From Clostridia bacterium (GTDB lineage: Bacteria; Bacillota; Clostridia; Oscillospirales; CAG-272), in assembly GCA_017463485.1 (NCBI GenBank), contig JAFTPD010000002.1, positions 321,870-385,869 of the forward strand: a stretch of DNA of 64,000 bases, read 5' to 3'. This document shows, one piece after another, positions 1 through 9,677 of the stretch; positions within the stretch are counted from its first letter, which is position 1, and every line of letters begins with the position of its first letter. Position numbers and translations under genes: made by a program. The notes beneath the pieces are model-generated. The model did no database searches, was not told where the DNA came from, and saw only the letters and a program-made list of their open reading frames with translations.

Positions 1-360
1 GCGTTGGGCATCCGTCGCGGCGGAAATTTATCAAATTCCTCGCTTGAGGTTCTCGCAATCGTGGCTTACAATCAACCCGTAACGCGCTCATTCGTCGATA
101 CCGTGCGTGGAGTTGACAGCTCGTATGCCGTTACTTCTCTGCTTGACAAGGGACTTATTGAGGCTTGTGGCAGGCTTGACGCCCCGGGTCGTCCCATGCT
201 TTACGTTACGACGGACAAATTCCTCCGCGTTTTCGGACTTAATTCCTTGTCCGAGCTTCCCGAAACCGACGGACTCAATACCGCTGCGGCTAACCTTGAT
301 GCAGTTGAGAGCGCGGATACGGAATCTGAGCCGTCCGATACTGAGGAAGCTGACGAATAA
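1..360 (+). CDS. scpB: Segregation and condensation protein B (ScpB), C-terminal part; the 5' end lies outside the window
   Basis: The frame is open from the window edge. It carries the ScpB winged-helix sequence [40 protein letters not shown]...[13 protein letters not shown], followed by an acidic tail. Confidence 0.85.
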   Translation, partial: ALGIRRGGNLSNSSLEVLAIVAYNQPVTRSFVDTVRGVDSSYAVTSLLDKGLIEACGRLDAPGRPMLYVTTDKFLRVFGLNSLSELPETDGLNTAAANLDAVESADTESEPSDTEEADE

Positions 361-399
361 TTCCCTTTTTAATCACGTGGGAAAGGAGGTGCGGAGCTT

Positions 400-1269
400 T
401 TGCCTGCGCTGATAATCGTAGGATGCATCATTTTGTTTTTCGTTCTTTTGTTCACAGTGCGCGTCGGCGTTACGATAGAATATAAAGGCGAATTCGCTTT
501 ATCCGTCAGGATATTTGGCATAAAGATACGCATCCTTCCAAAAAAGCAAAAGAAATATAAATTCAGCAAATATACTCTTAAAAAAATCCGCCGACGAGAG
601 GCAAAGGAAGCCAAAAAGCGGGCGAAGGCTGAAGCCGCCAAGCGTGAAAAGGCGGCGGAAAAAGCCAGACGCAAGGAGGCAGAGCGAAAACGCCGCGCGT
701 CCATGACAAAGGCTCAGCTTAAAGCCGAGAAAAAGAAAAAACGTGCCGAGCGTCCGAAACTCGGGGATATAGTTTCACTGTCCTTACAGGTTGCCAAGCT
801 GTTTTTCTCCAATTTTTTTGGCAAGCTCCACATCAAAGTAGCCCGCCTGCACGTCAACGTCGCAACGGGCGACGCCGCAACCACCGCGATCATGTACGGC
901 GCGCTATATCCCTCGGCTCATTTGCTTTTGTCGGGACTTCAAAAGATATCAAACGTTGACGGACTAAAGCGTGCGGATATGCGCATCACGCCCGATTATC
1001 TCGGCGAGCAGACCACCGTGGACCTGAAGATCACGTTCAGCGTAAATCTCGGCGGTGTGCTTGGTGCTATATTCAAGGCAGGCTTCAAATTCCTGTTTGG
1101 ATATACCAAAATAAAGCCCGATCCCGACGCACCGAAGGCGGACAAAACGGGTAGTATTCCGATTCCCCCGACTCCTCCGTTACCTCCATCCCCCTTCGAT
1201 AAGAAACAACCGACTGCAAAACAAGTAACCAACGGTGAGGACGTCACCGAGGAAAATAACTCCAAGTAA
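400..1269 (+). CDS. YtfI/DUF2953-like sporulation membrane protein (N-terminal TM helix, long Lys/Arg/Glu/Ala-rich linker, Pro-rich tail)
   Basis: A TTG start follows a GGAGG by about 10 nt. The N-terminus is hydrophobic (PALIIVGCIILFFVLLF). The gene sits directly upstream of ytfJ, as ytfI does in Bacillus. Confidence 0.5.
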   Translation: MPALIIVGCIILFFVLLFTVRVGVTIEYKGEFALSVRIFGIKIRILPKKQKKYKFSKYTLKKIRRREAKEAKKRAKAEAAKREKAAEKARRKEAERKRRASMTKAQLKAEKKKKRAERPKLGDIVSLSLQVAKLFFSNFFGKLHIKVARLHVNVATGDAATTAIMYGALYPSAHLLLSGLQKISNVDGLKRADMRITPDYLGEQTTVDLKITFSVNLGGVLGAIFKAGFKFLFGYTKIKPDPDAPKADKTGSIPIPPTPPLPPSPFDKKQPTAKQVTNGEDVTEENNSK

Positions 1270-1294
1270 TTTATAACTGAAAGGAAATAAAATC

Positions 1295-1708
1295 ATGGCA
1301 AACGAAAACAAGCTTCAGGAGATCATCCAGACTTCCCTGCAAAACATCAATTCTATGATCGACACAAACGCTATTATCGGAAATCCCATCAACACTCCCT
1401 CGGGTACTACCATAATCCCCGTTTCCAAGGTATCCATGGGCTTTGCTACTGGCGGTCTTGACTACCACGGCAAGGGAGAGGATGCGGCTGTGAAGGCGCA
1501 GAATTTCGGTGCCGGCGGCGGCACGGGGCTCTCCATTCAGCCCCTTGGCTTCCTCGTCGTCGACGCGGAGGGCGACGTTGAAATGATCAATGTAGGTGTT
1601 AAGAATCCCACCGATCCTATCGAGCAGCTCTCCGACCTTATCGAGCGCTCTCCCGAGATCATCACCAAGATCAAGGCTATCTTCAAGAAGGACTCGAGCG
1701 AGGAGTAA
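1295..1708 (+). CDS. ytfJ: Sporulation protein YtfJ (GerW family)
   Basis: The 137-aa product contains IIGNPINTPSGTTIIPVSKVSMGFATGG...GAGGGTGLSIQPLGFLVV, typical of YtfJ/GerW. An RBS (aaaggaaat) precedes the ATG. Confidence 0.85.
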   Translation: MANENKLQEIIQTSLQNINSMIDTNAIIGNPINTPSGTTIIPVSKVSMGFATGGLDYHGKGEDAAVKAQNFGAGGGTGLSIQPLGFLVVDAEGDVEMINVGVKNPTDPIEQLSDLIERSPEIITKIKAIFKKDSSEE

Positions 1709-1780
1709 TACAATTTGTCCGCATAATTTGTCCCGTTTCCCCGTATAGTGTACCAAAACACTTTACGGAGGAACGGGTCA

Positions 1781-2968
1781 ATGCTACTTTACATATCAAG
1801 GTCAAAATTATTTCAAGGGATTATTTGCGCGCTGCTGGCGTGTATTTTGATCCTTTCTTTTCCTGTGTCCGTGTTTGCCGAATCGATATCGGACACTGCC
1901 ACGGCACTGTCTGAAAACGGCGTGTCCGCAAAGGCGGCTGTGCTTATAGAGGCGTCCGAGGGGCGGATAATTTATTCCCACAATGCAAACAAGCCCTTGC
2001 CTATGGCGTCCACCACAAAAATAATGACTGCACTCGTTGCTATCGAAAGTCTGCCGCTTGATACGGTAGTCACCGTGCCGCGCGAGGCTGTTGGCATTGA
2101 AGGCTCGTCCATATATCTGTACGAGGGCGAGAAGCTGACGCTTGATCAGCTGCTCTACGCGCTGTTGCTTGAATCCGCAAACGACGCCGCGGCGGCTATT
2201 GCATACGCGGTTGCGGGCGGAATTGAAGAATTTGCCGTGCTGATGAATAAAAAGGCTGAGAAGCTCGGGCTTGTAAACACACATTTTACAAATCCGCACG
2301 GACTTGACGAGGAAGGTCACTACACTACGGCTTACGAGCTTGCAAAAATCACTGCCGCCGCTCTGCAAAACGACTTTTTCCGCGAAGTGGTTTCCACCAA
2401 GAAAAAGACCATTCCCATGCGCGACGGCGAGGGCACTCGGGTGCTTATCAATCACAACAAAATGCTCCGCTCATACGAGGGTGCTATCGGCGTTAAAACC
2501 GGATTTACCAAGAAAAGCGGAAGGTGTCTTGTTTCTGCCGCCGAGCGCGACGGACTTACCCTTATCGCAGTTACCATCGGCGCGCCCGACGATTGGCGCG
2601 ACCACACCCTCATGCTGGATTACGGATTTGCGTCATACGAGTCGCTGACACTCTGCTCAGACGGTCAATTTACTGCCCCGCTTTGGCTTGTCGGCGGCGA
2701 GGCTGAATACGTTATGGTTAAAAATCAAGGCGAGCTTTCCTGCGTTCTGCCAAAAAACTGCGGCGAGATACGCATGACGTTTGAAATGCGGCGATTTGAA
2801 TTTGCTCCCGTACGAGAGGGCGACACCGTAGGTCAGCTTATTTATTCCCTATACAGCGGCGGCGAGTGGATAACACTCGGCAGTGTGCCGCTTATCGTTT
2901 CTTATTCCGTTGAAAACAACGTTCCAAAGCTGTCGCTTTGGGAGAAAATCATAGATCTTTTCGGATAA
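1781..2968 (+). CDS. dacB: D-alanyl-D-alanine carboxypeptidase (serine-type, PBP5/DacB-like) with signal peptide
   Basis: An SxxK motif (ASTTKIMT) and an SxN-like motif (ESANDAA) are present, with KTGFT in place of KTG. The internal ATG at 1781 lies 9 nt after a GGAGG. A position downstream of scpB matches Bacillus dacB synteny. Confidence 0.8.
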   Translation: MLLYISRSKLFQGIICALLACILILSFPVSVFAESISDTATALSENGVSAKAAVLIEASEGRIIYSHNANKPLPMASTTKIMTALVAIESLPLDTVVTVPREAVGIEGSSIYLYEGEKLTLDQLLYALLLESANDAAAAIAYAVAGGIEEFAVLMNKKAEKLGLVNTHFTNPHGLDEEGHYTTAYELAKITAAALQNDFFREVVSTKKKTIPMRDGEGTRVLINHNKMLRSYEGAIGVKTGFTKKSGRCLVSAAERDGLTLIAVTIGAPDDWRDHTLMLDYGFASYESLTLCSDGQFTAPLWLVGGEAEYVMVKNQGELSCVLPKNCGEIRMTFEMRRFEFAPVREGDTVGQLIYSLYSGGEWITLGSVPLIVSYSVENNVPKLSLWEKIIDLFG

Positions 2969-2998
2969 ATTCATTCATACAAAAGGATTTTTAAAAAC

Positions 2999-3721
2999 AT
3001 GGAGCTTGTCAGAATATCAAAATACTTTACCGATTGCGGTGTTATGTCGCGGCGTGCCGCTGATGCGGCTGTGGCTGACGGACTCGTTACCGTCAACGGA
3101 AGCGTAGCCGAGCTTGGGCAAAAAATTGACCCAGCGCGCGACGTTGTAAAATACAAGGGCAAGGTCGTAAAGCCGAGTGCAGGTAACGGCGGCGAAAAAA
3201 TATGCATTATGCTTAACAAGCCGCGCGGTTACGTTACCACTATGTCTGATGAAAAAGGCAGACCCACCGTCGCCGAGCTTTGTGCCGACGCAGGCGTCAG
3301 GCTCTACCCTATCGGACGGCTGGATATGGATTCGGACGGACTTTTGTTGCTCACCAACGACGGCGAGCTTGCAAATTATTTATCCCACCCGAGTCACCGC
3401 GTTGACAAGGTTTACGTTGCAGTAGTTGCGGGCGGTGTGACCACCGCTCAGCTTGAGGGCATGACGCGCCCCATTGAAATTGACGGAAAAACCACCTCCC
3501 CCGCTCGGATAAAAAAGATAGGCTCTGACGGTCAGCTTACCGCTATTGAGGTAACTATCCACGACGGACGAAAGCATCAAGTTCGCGAGCTATGCGCACG
3601 CGAGGGCTTGAAGGTCAAGGGCCTTACCCGCACGGCGGAGGGCAGTCTCACTCTCGGAAATCTCCCGCTTGGCAAGTGGAGAAAGCTTACCGCGGCTGAA
3701 ATCAAGAAGCTGAAGGGTTAA
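2999..3721 (+). CDS. rluB: rRNA pseudouridine synthase, RsuA/RluB family, with N-terminal S4 domain
   Basis: The S4 region is RISKYFTDCGVMSRRAADAAV. The catalytic motif is GRLDMDSDGLLLLTNDGEL. Confidence 0.85.
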   Translation: MELVRISKYFTDCGVMSRRAADAAVADGLVTVNGSVAELGQKIDPARDVVKYKGKVVKPSAGNGGEKICIMLNKPRGYVTTMSDEKGRPTVAELCADAGVRLYPIGRLDMDSDGLLLLTNDGELANYLSHPSHRVDKVYVAVVAGGVTTAQLEGMTRPIEIDGKTTSPARIKKIGSDGQLTAIEVTIHDGRKHQVRELCAREGLKVKGLTRTAEGSLTLGNLPLGKWRKLTAAEIKKLKG

Positions 3722-3732
3722 AAGGAAGGACA

Positions 3733-4140
3733 TTGAATATGCTTGAAGTATTACCTATACAGACTAAAGACGAGCAACGCGAGTTCTGCGAGCGCTGCGG
3801 AGTTGAGTTTATCCCCGATTTGATGGCATATCACGCGAAATGGGGCGGCGAGCTTATCGGAGTTTGTCAGTTCACTATGAATTCGGACGGTGGTTTTATA
3901 CGGTCAATGGGACTTGTACGCGACAAATTCACGTCCCGTGAGGAATTTGAAGCACTGTTCGTGCTCGGACGCGCGACGCTGAATTTTATAGATCTGTGCG
4001 GAGTCCACACAGCCTACTACACGGCAGAGGACTTTACCGACGAGAAAATAATACACGCCATCGGATTCAAAAAAAATTCCGACGGCGTATACGAAATGTC
4101 GCTTACCGACTTTTTCAAAGAGCCTTGCTCGCATCATTGA
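3733..4140 (+). CDS. Hypothetical small cytoplasmic protein (possibly an acyltransferase-like fold)
   Basis: The ORF is uninterrupted and co-directional with rluB, with an AAGGAAGGA RBS. I recognise no diagnostic motif. Confidence 0.4.
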   Translation: MNMLEVLPIQTKDEQREFCERCGVEFIPDLMAYHAKWGGELIGVCQFTMNSDGGFIRSMGLVRDKFTSREEFEALFVLGRATLNFIDLCGVHTAYYTAEDFTDEKIIHAIGFKKNSDGVYEMSLTDFFKEPCSHH

Positions 4141-4147
4141 ATATTCT

Positions 4148-4177
4148 AAAAAAACGGTCACAACGTGACCGTTTTTT
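4148..4177. terminator. Bidirectional rho-independent terminator between convergent genes
   Basis: The sequence aaaaaa-ACGGTCAC-aac-GTGACCGT-ttttt is a perfect 8-bp stem flanked by an A-run and a T-run. Confidence 0.8.
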
Positions 4178-4180
4178 AAT

Positions 4181-5158
4181 TTATTTCAATTTCTGCGCGC
4201 GGATATCAGTTCCCACAAAAGGCAGAACGGTATATTCACCCAGCACGCGGCTAGTGATTCTATCCCAATATCTGCGACGGAATTCGTCCTGCGAGAGATT
4301 GGTGCTGATTATAGTCGCCAAACGGCGGCTGAGGCGAGTATTAATAATATTGTAGAGAACGGACGTAGTAAACTGATTGTTCACCTCAGTGCCCATATCG
4401 TCGATTATAAGCAGGTCGCAGTCAAAATATCTTGACGTATCACCGCTCTCATCTCCGCTCGTGCTGTTACCGAAGCGTTGATATTCAAAGTCGCCGAGGC
4501 AACCGACCGCGGTGGTGTAAAACACGTCGCAGCCCTTTGCTATGACCGTGCGAGCGATAGCGGACGACAGATGCGTCTTGCCAAGTCCCGTGCCTCCAAA
4601 GAACACCATGCTACCCGACTTGCCGGACACAAAATTCTCCGCATAGCTTTTGGTTATGGTGAAAATTCTGTTCATGTGCTTATGTATTTCAGGCGAGCTT
4701 TTGTAGAAGTCAAGCGAGAAATTATCAAATGACTGCTCGTTCATGAGCTGTGCAAGTCCCGACTGCATATATCCCGCTTCTATCATTTTTGCGCGCATAC
4801 AGTGGCACATTTTGCAATCCACAAATCCCGAGTCGCCGCAATCGGGACACTCGTATTTTACCTCTGTATAGTCCTCAGGGTAGCCGTTGGCAATCAGCAG
4901 CTTTTTCTTCTCCGCTTGAATTTTCTCGTTTTCAATACGAAGCTCTGCCATGCGCGCCTCAAGCTCATCCCCACTGTTGTGGAGTGCCACGTTCATTATT
5001 TCAAGTCCGACAGATGAAAGCCTTCTGTCAAGCTCGCCTATCTCGGGTACGGCTCTTGCGACCTCCTCGCGGCGCAGGGTAGCCGCCTCGCGTGCGCGGA
5101 GATATTTTGTATTGTATTCCTCGCGTATGGCTCTGAATATATCCTTATTGTAACTCAT
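4181..5158 (-). CDS. DnaC/DnaI-like replicative helicase loader ATPase (IstB-like AAA+) with Cys-rich zinc-binding segment
   Basis: The Walker A is FFGGTGLGKTHLSSAIA and the Walker B is LLIIDDMG. A Cys cluster, CPDCGDSGFVDCKMCHC, is also present. Confidence 0.75.
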   Translation of the reverse strand: MSYNKDIFRAIREEYNTKYLRAREAATLRREEVARAVPEIGELDRRLSSVGLEIMNVALHNSGDELEARMAELRIENEKIQAEKKKLLIANGYPEDYTEVKYECPDCGDSGFVDCKMCHCMRAKMIEAGYMQSGLAQLMNEQSFDNFSLDFYKSSPEIHKHMNRIFTITKSYAENFVSGKSGSMVFFGGTGLGKTHLSSAIARTVIAKGCDVFYTTAVGCLGDFEYQRFGNSTSGDESGDTSRYFDCDLLIIDDMGTEVNNQFTTSVLYNIINTRLSRRLATIISTNLSQDEFRRRYWDRITSRVLGEYTVLPFVGTDIRAQKLK

Positions 5159-5169
5159 AAAAACCTCTC

Positions 5170-6228
5170 TTAGCCTTCAAAATCGTCGCCGAAGCTACGG
5201 CGTACAGCCGCCTTGAAAAAGTCGTCGGTTTCAAACGAGCCCCCCGACTCCTTTCCGTTTTTCTTTTTAGCCGCGGGACTTTGCTCTGCCTTAAATTTTT
5301 CCTGCGCCACTTGAATATCGGCTACAGTTCGCAGACCTTCTGCGTTCCAGTTTGCCAAAATAGAGTTTATATAAGGTAATTTTACCCCTCCCTTGGCATC
5401 TATCATGGCATTGTATGCAAGCTCGATAATTTCAAGGCTATAATTATAATCGTACAGCCAAGTTGAAAAACACTTTTTCTCCTTTGGTGTGAGCGCGCGC
5501 TCACCCATTCCGAACATGGCACGCAGGCGGCTCTCGGACTGTGCCAAAAGATCCATGCTCTGCAGCTTTGCGTTGAGCGAGCTTATGTCGAACACGTTTT
5601 CATCATAAAGCGAAAACGCCATTTTTTCAACGTAATGAAGCGACTTTTTAACACCCTTTTCGTCTTGATTCTTTTTAACGTACATCAAAAGTGTCATCAC
5701 GTATTCCCAATCAAGACCGAGGTAGTCAACAAGTCCGAGGATAATATTTATCTCGTGGGTATTGAACATCTTGCCCCAAATGCGCTGACATTCATCTATG
5801 TATTCCTTTGCTTCCTTGCGTTCCTCAAGCAAGGCAGTAAGCTCGTCAGTGGTATAGTGAGGCAATTCTTCCTTGCGCGACAACGGTTTTGAAGGTGCAA
5901 CCTCTACAACCTTAGCGACAGGTGCCGACTCTGCGGGCTTTTCAGAAGTCGCTTTTTTTGTGGCTTTACGCGATTTTTGTCCGTCAGCGACAAGCACGCC
6001 TGCTCCTCTCCAAAATGCAACAGCGCCATTTATTTCATCCTCGCCGCATCCGCAGATATCGGCAAGCGCCGCACAATTTTCCGCGCTGTCGATATTCTTG
6101 CACAGCTCGGGAGAATCGGCAAGTGCAATAAGCACCTTTATCTCAACTGCACCCGCATTTTCAAGATGCTCACGTATTCCTCCCGGCAAGGAGATGACAG
6201 ACGTGCCGTAATTTATATTAAGTGTCAT
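5170..6228 (-). CDS. DnaD-domain replication initiation / membrane attachment protein
   Basis: The C-terminal DnaD-type repeat reads IWGKMFNTHEINIILGLVDYLGLDWEYVMTLL ... YINSILANW. The gene is paired with the downstream loader ATPase, as dnaB-dnaI are in Bacillus. Confidence 0.65.
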   Translation of the reverse strand: MTLNINYGTSVISLPGGIREHLENAGAVEIKVLIALADSPELCKNIDSAENCAALADICGCGEDEINGAVAFWRGAGVLVADGQKSRKATKKATSEKPAESAPVAKVVEVAPSKPLSRKEELPHYTTDELTALLEERKEAKEYIDECQRIWGKMFNTHEINIILGLVDYLGLDWEYVMTLLMYVKKNQDEKGVKKSLHYVEKMAFSLYDENVFDISSLNAKLQSMDLLAQSESRLRAMFGMGERALTPKEKKCFSTWLYDYNYSLEIIELAYNAMIDAKGGVKLPYINSILANWNAEGLRTVADIQVAQEKFKAEQSPAAKKKNGKESGGSFETDDFFKAAVRRSFGDDFEG

Positions 6229-6264
6229 AGATTATATTCCTTCCCTGTCGGTCACAGCTCCGTC

Positions 6265-7011
6265 CTAATTATCCTCGGCGGATGCAAGCCTTGACGCAAT
6301 TTTATAATTGAGGATCATAAGCGAATCGCCGAGATGGACGTTCTCCACCACCACCTCGTCGGGGCTGTATTTAAGCTCAACGCCCATATAGTTCCAAAGC
6401 CCCTTAACCTTTGCCTTTACAAGTCGGTCGGCAATTTCTCTCACCTGCGGCTGGGGACAGGTGATAACGGCAATATCAACAACGTGGTTTTTGCAGAATT
6501 CTTCAAGCAGGTCAAGAGATATTACATTAACTCCCGCCACGCACTGCCCGACGAGTCCCTCGCCCGTGTCGAACATACCGATAATATCAACGCCGCGTTT
6601 TTCAAACATAGCCTGATGGACAAGTGCGCGTCCAAGGTCGCCCGCACCAATAATTATCGCGTGAAATCCCGCGCCGACGCCAAGTATCTCGCTTATTTTT
6701 GCAAACAGATAGTTTACGTTATAGCCGTATCCCTGCTGACCGAAGCCGCCGAAGCAGTTAAGATCCTGACGTATCTGCGAGGCGGTGACGTTCATCATCT
6801 CGGACAACTCGCCCGAACTGATTCTCATTCGTCCCTGTCTTACAAGCTCACGCAGATATCTGTAATATCTCGGAAGACGCTTTACAACGGCAGAGGAAAC
6901 CTTTATCTCCTTACCACCGTCCGCGACCTCATCAGCCGCTACGGATTCCTTTATGTCGTCGCTTGAAAATTCAGTATCAGCCTTAAATAAGATGCGGTCG
7001 TCGTTCCTCAT
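6265..7011 (-). CDS. rex: Redox-sensing transcriptional repressor Rex (with about 40-aa acidic N-terminal extension)
   Basis: The sequence VVKRLPRYYRYLRELVRQGRMRISSGELSEMMNVTASQIRQDLNCFGGFGQQGYGYNV is followed by a Rossmann motif, IIIGAGDLG. Confidence 0.85.
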   Translation of the reverse strand: MRNDDRILFKADTEFSSDDIKESVAADEVADGGKEIKVSSAVVKRLPRYYRYLRELVRQGRMRISSGELSEMMNVTASQIRQDLNCFGGFGQQGYGYNVNYLFAKISEILGVGAGFHAIIIGAGDLGRALVHQAMFEKRGVDIIGMFDTGEGLVGQCVAGVNVISLDLLEEFCKNHVVDIAVITCPQPQVREIADRLVKAKVKGLWNYMGVELKYSPDEVVVENVHLGDSLMILNYKIASRLASAEDN

Positions 7012-7040
7012 GACAGTTAAGTCCTATCCTTTCAAAAAAT

Positions 7041-8051
7041 TCAATAGTCGGTTGCGCGCGCGTTCAGTGACGTGTCCGAGCGCTGTCCGCGCAAATATTC
7101 GTAATATCCCGCCGCGGCAATCATTGCGCCGTTATCACCGCAAAGGCTACGGTCGGGGACGATAAACTTTATTCCCCTACTCTTGCACAGCTCGTCAAGT
7201 GCCGCACGAATATGCGAGTTTGCCGCTACTCCACCTGCAAGAACAAAAGTTTTAACGTCAGCATTTTTATCAAGTGCCAACGACGTCTTTTTTACTATAC
7301 CGCGGACGATAGTGTGGGTATAGGATGCAGAGATCGAAGCGCGATCTATCTCCTCGCCCTTTTGATTTGCGGAGTTTATGATATTCAGCGCTGCAGTTTT
7401 GAGACCACTGAATGAAAAATCAAGATTATCACCGATAAGCGCGGGCGACGGGAGCCTATATTTGCTCTTATCCCCTTCGTATGCAAGCTTATCAAGTGCC
7501 GCACCACCGGGATACGGCATACCGATAACTCTGCCTATCTTATCAAAGGCTTCGCCTGCGGCATCGTCGCGAGTACCGCCAATTTCTGCGATATCGGTAT
7601 AGTCATTCACAAGATAGAATGAGGTATGTCCGCCCGATACGACGAGCGACAAAAACGGCGGTTCAAGCGTTGTGTCCGTAAGATATGCCGCGGCAATATG
7701 TCCGTGAATATGGTTTACGGATATCAGCGGAATATTGTTGGCAAACGCCAAGGATTTTGCAAAATTCACGCCCACGAGCAATGCGCCTATAAGACCGGGA
7801 TGAGTTGTAACAGCAACAGCCCCCACGTCCGCAAGCGTTATTCCTGCGGTATCAAGAGCTTCATGTGTGATCTTACTAATAGCCTCGATATGAGCACGGC
7901 TTGCGATCTCCGGTACAACACCACCGTACAGACGGTGGATATCTATTTGCGAAGCCACGATATCTGATTTTATTCTGCGCACTCCCTCGCCCATCTCAAT
8001 GACGGCGGCAGACGTTTCGTCGCAGGAGCTTTCCATGCCTAAAATATACAA
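7041..8051 (-). CDS. tsaD: tRNA N6-adenosine threonylcarbamoyltransferase TsaD
   Basis: The motifs ILGMESSCDETSAAV, VNHIHGHIAAA and LAGGVAANS are present. Confidence 0.9.
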   Translation of the reverse strand: MYILGMESSCDETSAAVIEMGEGVRRIKSDIVASQIDIHRLYGGVVPEIASRAHIEAISKITHEALDTAGITLADVGAVAVTTHPGLIGALLVGVNFAKSLAFANNIPLISVNHIHGHIAAAYLTDTTLEPPFLSLVVSGGHTSFYLVNDYTDIAEIGGTRDDAAGEAFDKIGRVIGMPYPGGAALDKLAYEGDKSKYRLPSPALIGDNLDFSFSGLKTAALNIINSANQKGEEIDRASISASYTHTIVRGIVKKTSLALDKNADVKTFVLAGGVAANSHIRAALDELCKSRGIKFIVPDRSLCGDNGAMIAAAGYYEYLRGQRSDTSLNARATDY

Positions 8052-8073
8052 GTTCGGACAGTCCTTTCAGTGC

Positions 8074-9501
8074 TTAATTTCTTTTCAACATCTTTTTTGC
8101 CATTCCCAACACGCCGCCGACAAGGCGCATAACGTCGCTTATATTCCAAAGCACGACAGCCGCAAATGAGAGAATAGCTCCAAACCACCAGAATCCCGAA
8201 TAGTGTCCGCCCGTAAAGGTCATACAAACGGCAAGCACACAGATGAGGACGGTATTGACTCCCGCTCTCAATCTTTCCTGTCGGAACGGAATAAGCTTGG
8301 TTATAGTCGCAAGACGCACGACAAAAACTACAAAGTAGCTGACAAACGTGGCGATCGACGCGCCCATTGCGCCCCAAATCGGAATCCACAAGATATTCAA
8401 TACGATATTCAGCGCCGCGCCAATGAAGGCGGTGCGCAAGGAGTAGACCGTCTTTCCGCAAGTATAATATACCGATCCGAGGAAGGTATCAAGTGCTGTA
8501 AAGACAGTAGCAACGCAAAGCACGGGGATATACACCCACGCCTCCGAGTATCCTTCCGCGAACAATAGACTCGCAAACGGCTTGCACAGCAGGATCAATA
8601 GCGCGCCGCCAACAAATCCGAGTGTGGTATACATTCGCCACACGCGGGAGAAAAATGCCGTGCGTGCCACCTCGTCCTCACTGTCGGATATGGCGGAAAG
8701 CTTCCACGCGCCGTCGAATATAGACACAGCGTAGATAAGAAGAGTCGGTATTTTATATGCTGCGGCGTAAAGTCCGTTGCTCTCGGGCGAGGCAAGAAAC
8801 GCGACAAGGTATCTGTCCGACACGCTCGTCACCCACCAAAACACCGTGGTAGGAATCAGCGGCAGGCAGAATTTGAGCATGCTTCGCATCACGGTGGGAC
8901 GAAGCGCAGATATCTTTATCGACCGCCATAGCTTAGCATAGACTACCAAAAATACGGTTGTCAGGAAATCGGCAAGTACGACGGACAGCACGTATCCCAT
9001 AACGCCCATATCCAGAACGGGCAAAAACAGGAGATTGAGCAATACCGTCAGCGCGGTGTTCAACAATCCTTGTCCCGCAAAGAGCTTGGTATAACCGCAG
9101 GCGCACAGATACTGCGAGCAGACGGCGTGGATATTGGATACGACCACATAAAGGATGATAAGCCATACGTAGCCTGAAAAGAACCGGATAAATCCGAGCA
9201 GCGGGGACAGTACGAGAAAGCCGAGCGTACCGTAAAGAAGGATAGCAAGTCCGTTTGTAAAAAAGACCTCTTTATCCTCCAGCTTTGCCGCCGTACTGCG
9301 GAAAATTCCCTCACCAATACCCAGACAAGCTATGGGAATGAGCAAATTAGCCGTGTTTGATATCAGATCCGCTGTACCGTACTGTGCGGTCGTAAGGCAC
9401 GAGGTATACAGTCGCATCATGAGGAAAACTATTATTTTAGACAAAAATTTACCCGCGGTGAAAAGCGCGGTATTGGAAACCAATCGATTATAGCGGTTCA
9501 T
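8074..9501 (-). CDS. MOP-superfamily polysaccharide/lipid-linked oligosaccharide flippase (Wzx/SpoVB/MurJ-like), polytopic membrane protein
   Basis: The 475-aa product is highly hydrophobic with about 12-14 TM segments. The N-terminus, NTALFTAGKFLSKIIVFLMMRLYT, is typical of Polysacc_synt proteins. Confidence 0.6.
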   Translation of the reverse strand: MNRYNRLVSNTALFTAGKFLSKIIVFLMMRLYTSCLTTAQYGTADLISNTANLLIPIACLGIGEGIFRSTAAKLEDKEVFFTNGLAILLYGTLGFLVLSPLLGFIRFFSGYVWLIILYVVVSNIHAVCSQYLCACGYTKLFAGQGLLNTALTVLLNLLFLPVLDMGVMGYVLSVVLADFLTTVFLVVYAKLWRSIKISALRPTVMRSMLKFCLPLIPTTVFWWVTSVSDRYLVAFLASPESNGLYAAAYKIPTLLIYAVSIFDGAWKLSAISDSEDEVARTAFFSRVWRMYTTLGFVGGALLILLCKPFASLLFAEGYSEAWVYIPVLCVATVFTALDTFLGSVYYTCGKTVYSLRTAFIGAALNIVLNILWIPIWGAMGASIATFVSYFVVFVVRLATITKLIPFRQERLRAGVNTVLICVLAVCMTFTGGHYSGFWWFGAILSFAAVVLWNISDVMRLVGGVLGMAKKMLKRN

Positions 9502-9623
9502 TTATGCAACTTCCTGCCTCACATTTCAAAAGTGCGCGTCTTTTGGCACTATACTACATTATATTATATATTTTAACAGAAAACAAGTCCGTAGTCAATA
9601 GTAATTTATAAATTTACATTATT

Positions 9624-9667
9624 ACAAAAAATTCTCCGCAGGCGCGTACAGCGTATGCGGAGAATTC
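9624..9667 (-). terminator. Rho-independent terminator downstream of yebC
   Basis: An 11-bp stem (AATTCTCCGCA / TGCGGAGAATT) is followed on the minus strand by TTTTTTG. Confidence 0.75.
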
Positions 9668-9677
9668 ATTATTTTAC

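Noticed and set aside
4181-6228. The DnaD / DnaC-like pair as a prophage remnant.
   Set aside because: Its composition matches the host. It is flanked by core genes (rluB, rex, tsaD), and no other phage genes or att-like repeats are present. It is more likely the chromosomal helicase-loading pair.
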